Shown one piece after another: positions 63,601-64,000 of a stretch of DNA of 64,000 nucleotides. This stretch comes from Octopus vulgaris (Eukaryota), in the NCBI GenBank assembly GCA_951406725.2, contig OX597824.1:47430001-47494000 (forward strand), in the 5' to 3' direction. The number at the start of each line of letters is the position of its first letter. The first letter of the stretch is position 1. Under the pieces are notes generated by a model, which ran no database searches, was not told the DNA's origin, and saw only the letters and a program-made list of their open reading frames with translations. The translations under genes were made by a program, and so were the position numbers.

Positions 63601-63973
63601 CTGAGTTCAAATTCTGCTAAGGTCAACTTTGCTTTTCATCCTTTTGGGATCAATTAAATAAGTACCAGTTACACACTAGTGGTCAATGTAATCGACTGAA
63701 AAACCCTTTGACTATCCTTGTTTGTCCCCTCTATGTTTAGCCCCTTGTGAGTATTAAAGAAATGAATATTTTAAACTAATATTTTAATAGGATATTTTCT
63801 ATATTGTTTCAAGGCTTCAGATATAGAAAGTACTTCAAACAACGCCATGAAACCTTGTTCCACAGTAATAGACACAGAAGGGAACCAATTTTCTCCAGAT
63901 TTCAACTTCACCTGTGAAACTGATAATGACAATACATTAAATATTTTCCTTCCCAATGATGGATTGATTGTAG
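39671..63973 (+). CDS. bHLH-domain protein, multi-exon and 3'-incomplete. Exons: 39671-39677, 49440-49663, 51224-51384, 52232-52316, 59359-59488, probably 63821-63973
   Basis: Phase-consistent splicing gives ...QKLMQKHRENER|VRHRTLNELMNKLYKQIPGYSEYSKGTK|VVTMQRAICYIVYLEKMINQVCKEL... This fits basic region (H-x3-E-R-x-R), helix 1 (LN..L...IP), loop and helix 2 (K...(M/L)..AI.YI..L). Confidence 0.85.
41110..42235. repeat. Foldback-like composite repeat: nested inverted repeats plus ~155-bp tandem units
   Basis: 14-bp perfect stem 41226-41239/41257-41270; inverted arms 41355-41430 vs 41950-42025; units start at 41431, 41588, 41740. Confidence 0.75.
42941..43416. repeat. 26-bp minisatellite, about 18 copies (GGGCATGAACAGCAAGTCCGTTTCTT)
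   Basis: Period 26 read directly (units start at 43071, 43097 ... 43201); no spacers. Confidence 0.98.
43423..44140 (-). mobile_element. Penelope-like element relic (Naiad-like): N-terminus joined by deletion to linker and GIY-YIG endonuclease
   Basis: RMRWKAFFF..KYGLKS..P...ELEAFEKDL..SDKT, then HNFYRIFNR and CNY...CPLEGKC...IVYRAKV...KTYTG. Confidence 0.8.
44215..45068 (+). mobile_element. Penelope-like element relic: N-terminus and RT core
   Basis: QFDIVNFYPSI, VPMGAYDGAELC, GLYRDD, VDFLDINLDL, YCKPN...YISKESNHP are PLE RT motifs. Confidence 0.88.
45415..46075 (+). mobile_element. RTE RT fragment, decayed
   Basis: YRGIKLLDQVMKV...DLEKVFDRV...YADD with stops. Confidence 0.92.
46144..46197 (+). 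ncRNA. Minimal type I hammerhead-ribozyme-like motif
   Basis: TCCA-CTGATGA-GGC...GCC-A-GAAA-TC-TGG-GA-TC-TGGA. Stems I, II and III can pair; AUC triplet. Confidence 0.55.
46320..47060 (+). mobile_element. Second Penelope-like 3' end/pLTR relic with C-rich tract and hammerhead-like motif
   Basis: SLHSFAPHGLN matches the L.TL.P.GLN end of PLE GIY-YIG domains; a hammerhead-like motif follows at 47011. Confidence 0.55.
47011..47046 (+). ncRNA. Minimal hammerhead-like motif with variant core
   Basis: CTTT-CTGTGGA-A-GAGC-GTAG-GCTC-GAAA-CG-TT-AAAG; palindromic ACGT stem III. Confidence 0.5.
47262..47730. repeat. Diverged direct duplication, period about 298 bp
   Basis: CACTC.TGGATGGGATTA.AGGTAAG...CACTTTGAGAGAG...CAAATACATGAAGC.TATA...TTGATAATG.TTATTA occurs twice. 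Confidence 0.8.
49440..49663 (+). CDS. bHLH gene exon 2
   Basis: TTTCAG acceptor; open frame DISFSSVSFQCLDEF...RHFKKNVFKK; AAG|GTAAAA donor, phase 0. Confidence 0.75.
49717..50660 (-). mobile_element. mariner (DD34D-type) transposon, internally deleted
   Basis: TIR GGTCATCCCATAAATAATG / CATTATTTATGAGATGACC; HQDNAQPH, PPYSQNIAPSDYHLF. Confidence 0.92.
51224..51384 (+). CDS. bHLH gene exon 3 (NLS-like KKRRPR; start of basic region)
   Basis: SSKKRRPRGNYPLLESPVVLRAHSNYVQYQYSKQRQQAQKPSQKLMQKHRENE(R); phase 0-2. Confidence 0.85.
51974..52021 (+). ncRNA. Decayed hammerhead-like motif
   Basis: TTAGTTG-CTGATGA-...-GAAA-CTAG-AC-TGGCTAA. Stem I pairs; the conserved U before the cleavage site is A. 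Confidence 0.4.
52232..52316 (+). CDS. bHLH gene exon 4 (helix 1 and loop)
   Basis: Long pyrimidine tract plus TAG acceptor; VRHRTLNELMNKLYKQIPGYSEYSKGTK; phase 2-0. Confidence 0.88.
52790..55960 (-). mobile_element. Older RTE subfamily copy (RT, PHD, long 3' UTR), interrupted by a plus-strand RTE tail at ~53030-53335
   Basis: ORFs 55125-55409, 54755-54955 and 54375-54650 are RTE-like but diverged. The minus-strand tail is at ~52790-52935. Confidence 0.88.
56459..59140 (+). mobile_element. RTE-clade LINE, 5'-truncated and relatively young, with an uninterrupted 815-aa frame (end of APE endonuclease, RT, PHD finger, C-terminal region), 3' UTR and (GAT)n tail
   Basis: QHRLIISD, WWWN, YRGIKLL, QFGFVPGRSTTDAIF, AFVDLEKAFDRV, GVHQGSALSPLLF, LLYADDL, FRYLG, RRLRWYGHVLRM, RGRGRPRKTW. 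Confidence 0.97.
59359..59488 (+). CDS. bHLH gene exon 5 (helix 2)
   Basis: VVTMQRAICYIVYLEKMINQVCKELRVTVDLSKMFLTVRLSRE; TTTTAG acceptor, G|GTATTT donor, phase 0-1. Confidence 0.88.
59915..61227 (+). mobile_element. RTE repeat-unit fragment plus RTE C-terminal/3' UTR copy
   Basis: ORF 60110-60742 matches the C-terminal part of the 815-aa ORF; the tail ends at ~61227. Confidence 0.92.
63533..63765 (+). mobile_element. SINE family C copy
   Basis: Collinear with 16700-16925. Confidence 0.85.
63821..63973 (+). CDS. bHLH gene, candidate exon 6
   Basis: TTCAG acceptor; 153 nt open in phase 1-1 (DIESTSNNAMKPCSTVIDTEGNQFSPDFNFTCETDNDNTLNIFLPNDGLIV); TAG|GTACC donor. Confidence 0.6.
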
Positions 63974-64000
63974 GTACCTATACATTTAGTATTGTGACTC

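Overview
AT-rich, repeat-dense metazoan genomic DNA. The RTE/SINE/Tc1 landscape suggests a cephalopod such as Octopus; this is an inference. Two spliced genes lie head to head. (1) Minus strand: nuclear gene for mitochondrial translation initiation factor 2 (MTIF2). Fifteen phase-consistent coding exons run from ATG 29975 down to 3106, one intron has a GC donor, and the last exon(s) lie left of the window. (2) Plus strand: a multi-exon bHLH gene largely missed by the ORF track (ATG 39671; exons 49440-49663, 51224-51384, 52232-52316, 59359-59488, probably 63821-63973), with an atypical basic region. The introns hold RTE-clade LINEs whose ORF carries a PHD finger right after the RT core, a Tx1/L1-like LINE relic, Penelope-like relics, three Tc1 and two mariner relics, MITEs, SINEs, a 26-bp minisatellite and a foldback element. 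Four minimal hammerhead-ribozyme-like motifs are present, each in the sense orientation of its host gene. There is no CRISPR array, rRNA or true tRNA. Exon boundaries were read by eye; repeat boundaries are approximate.
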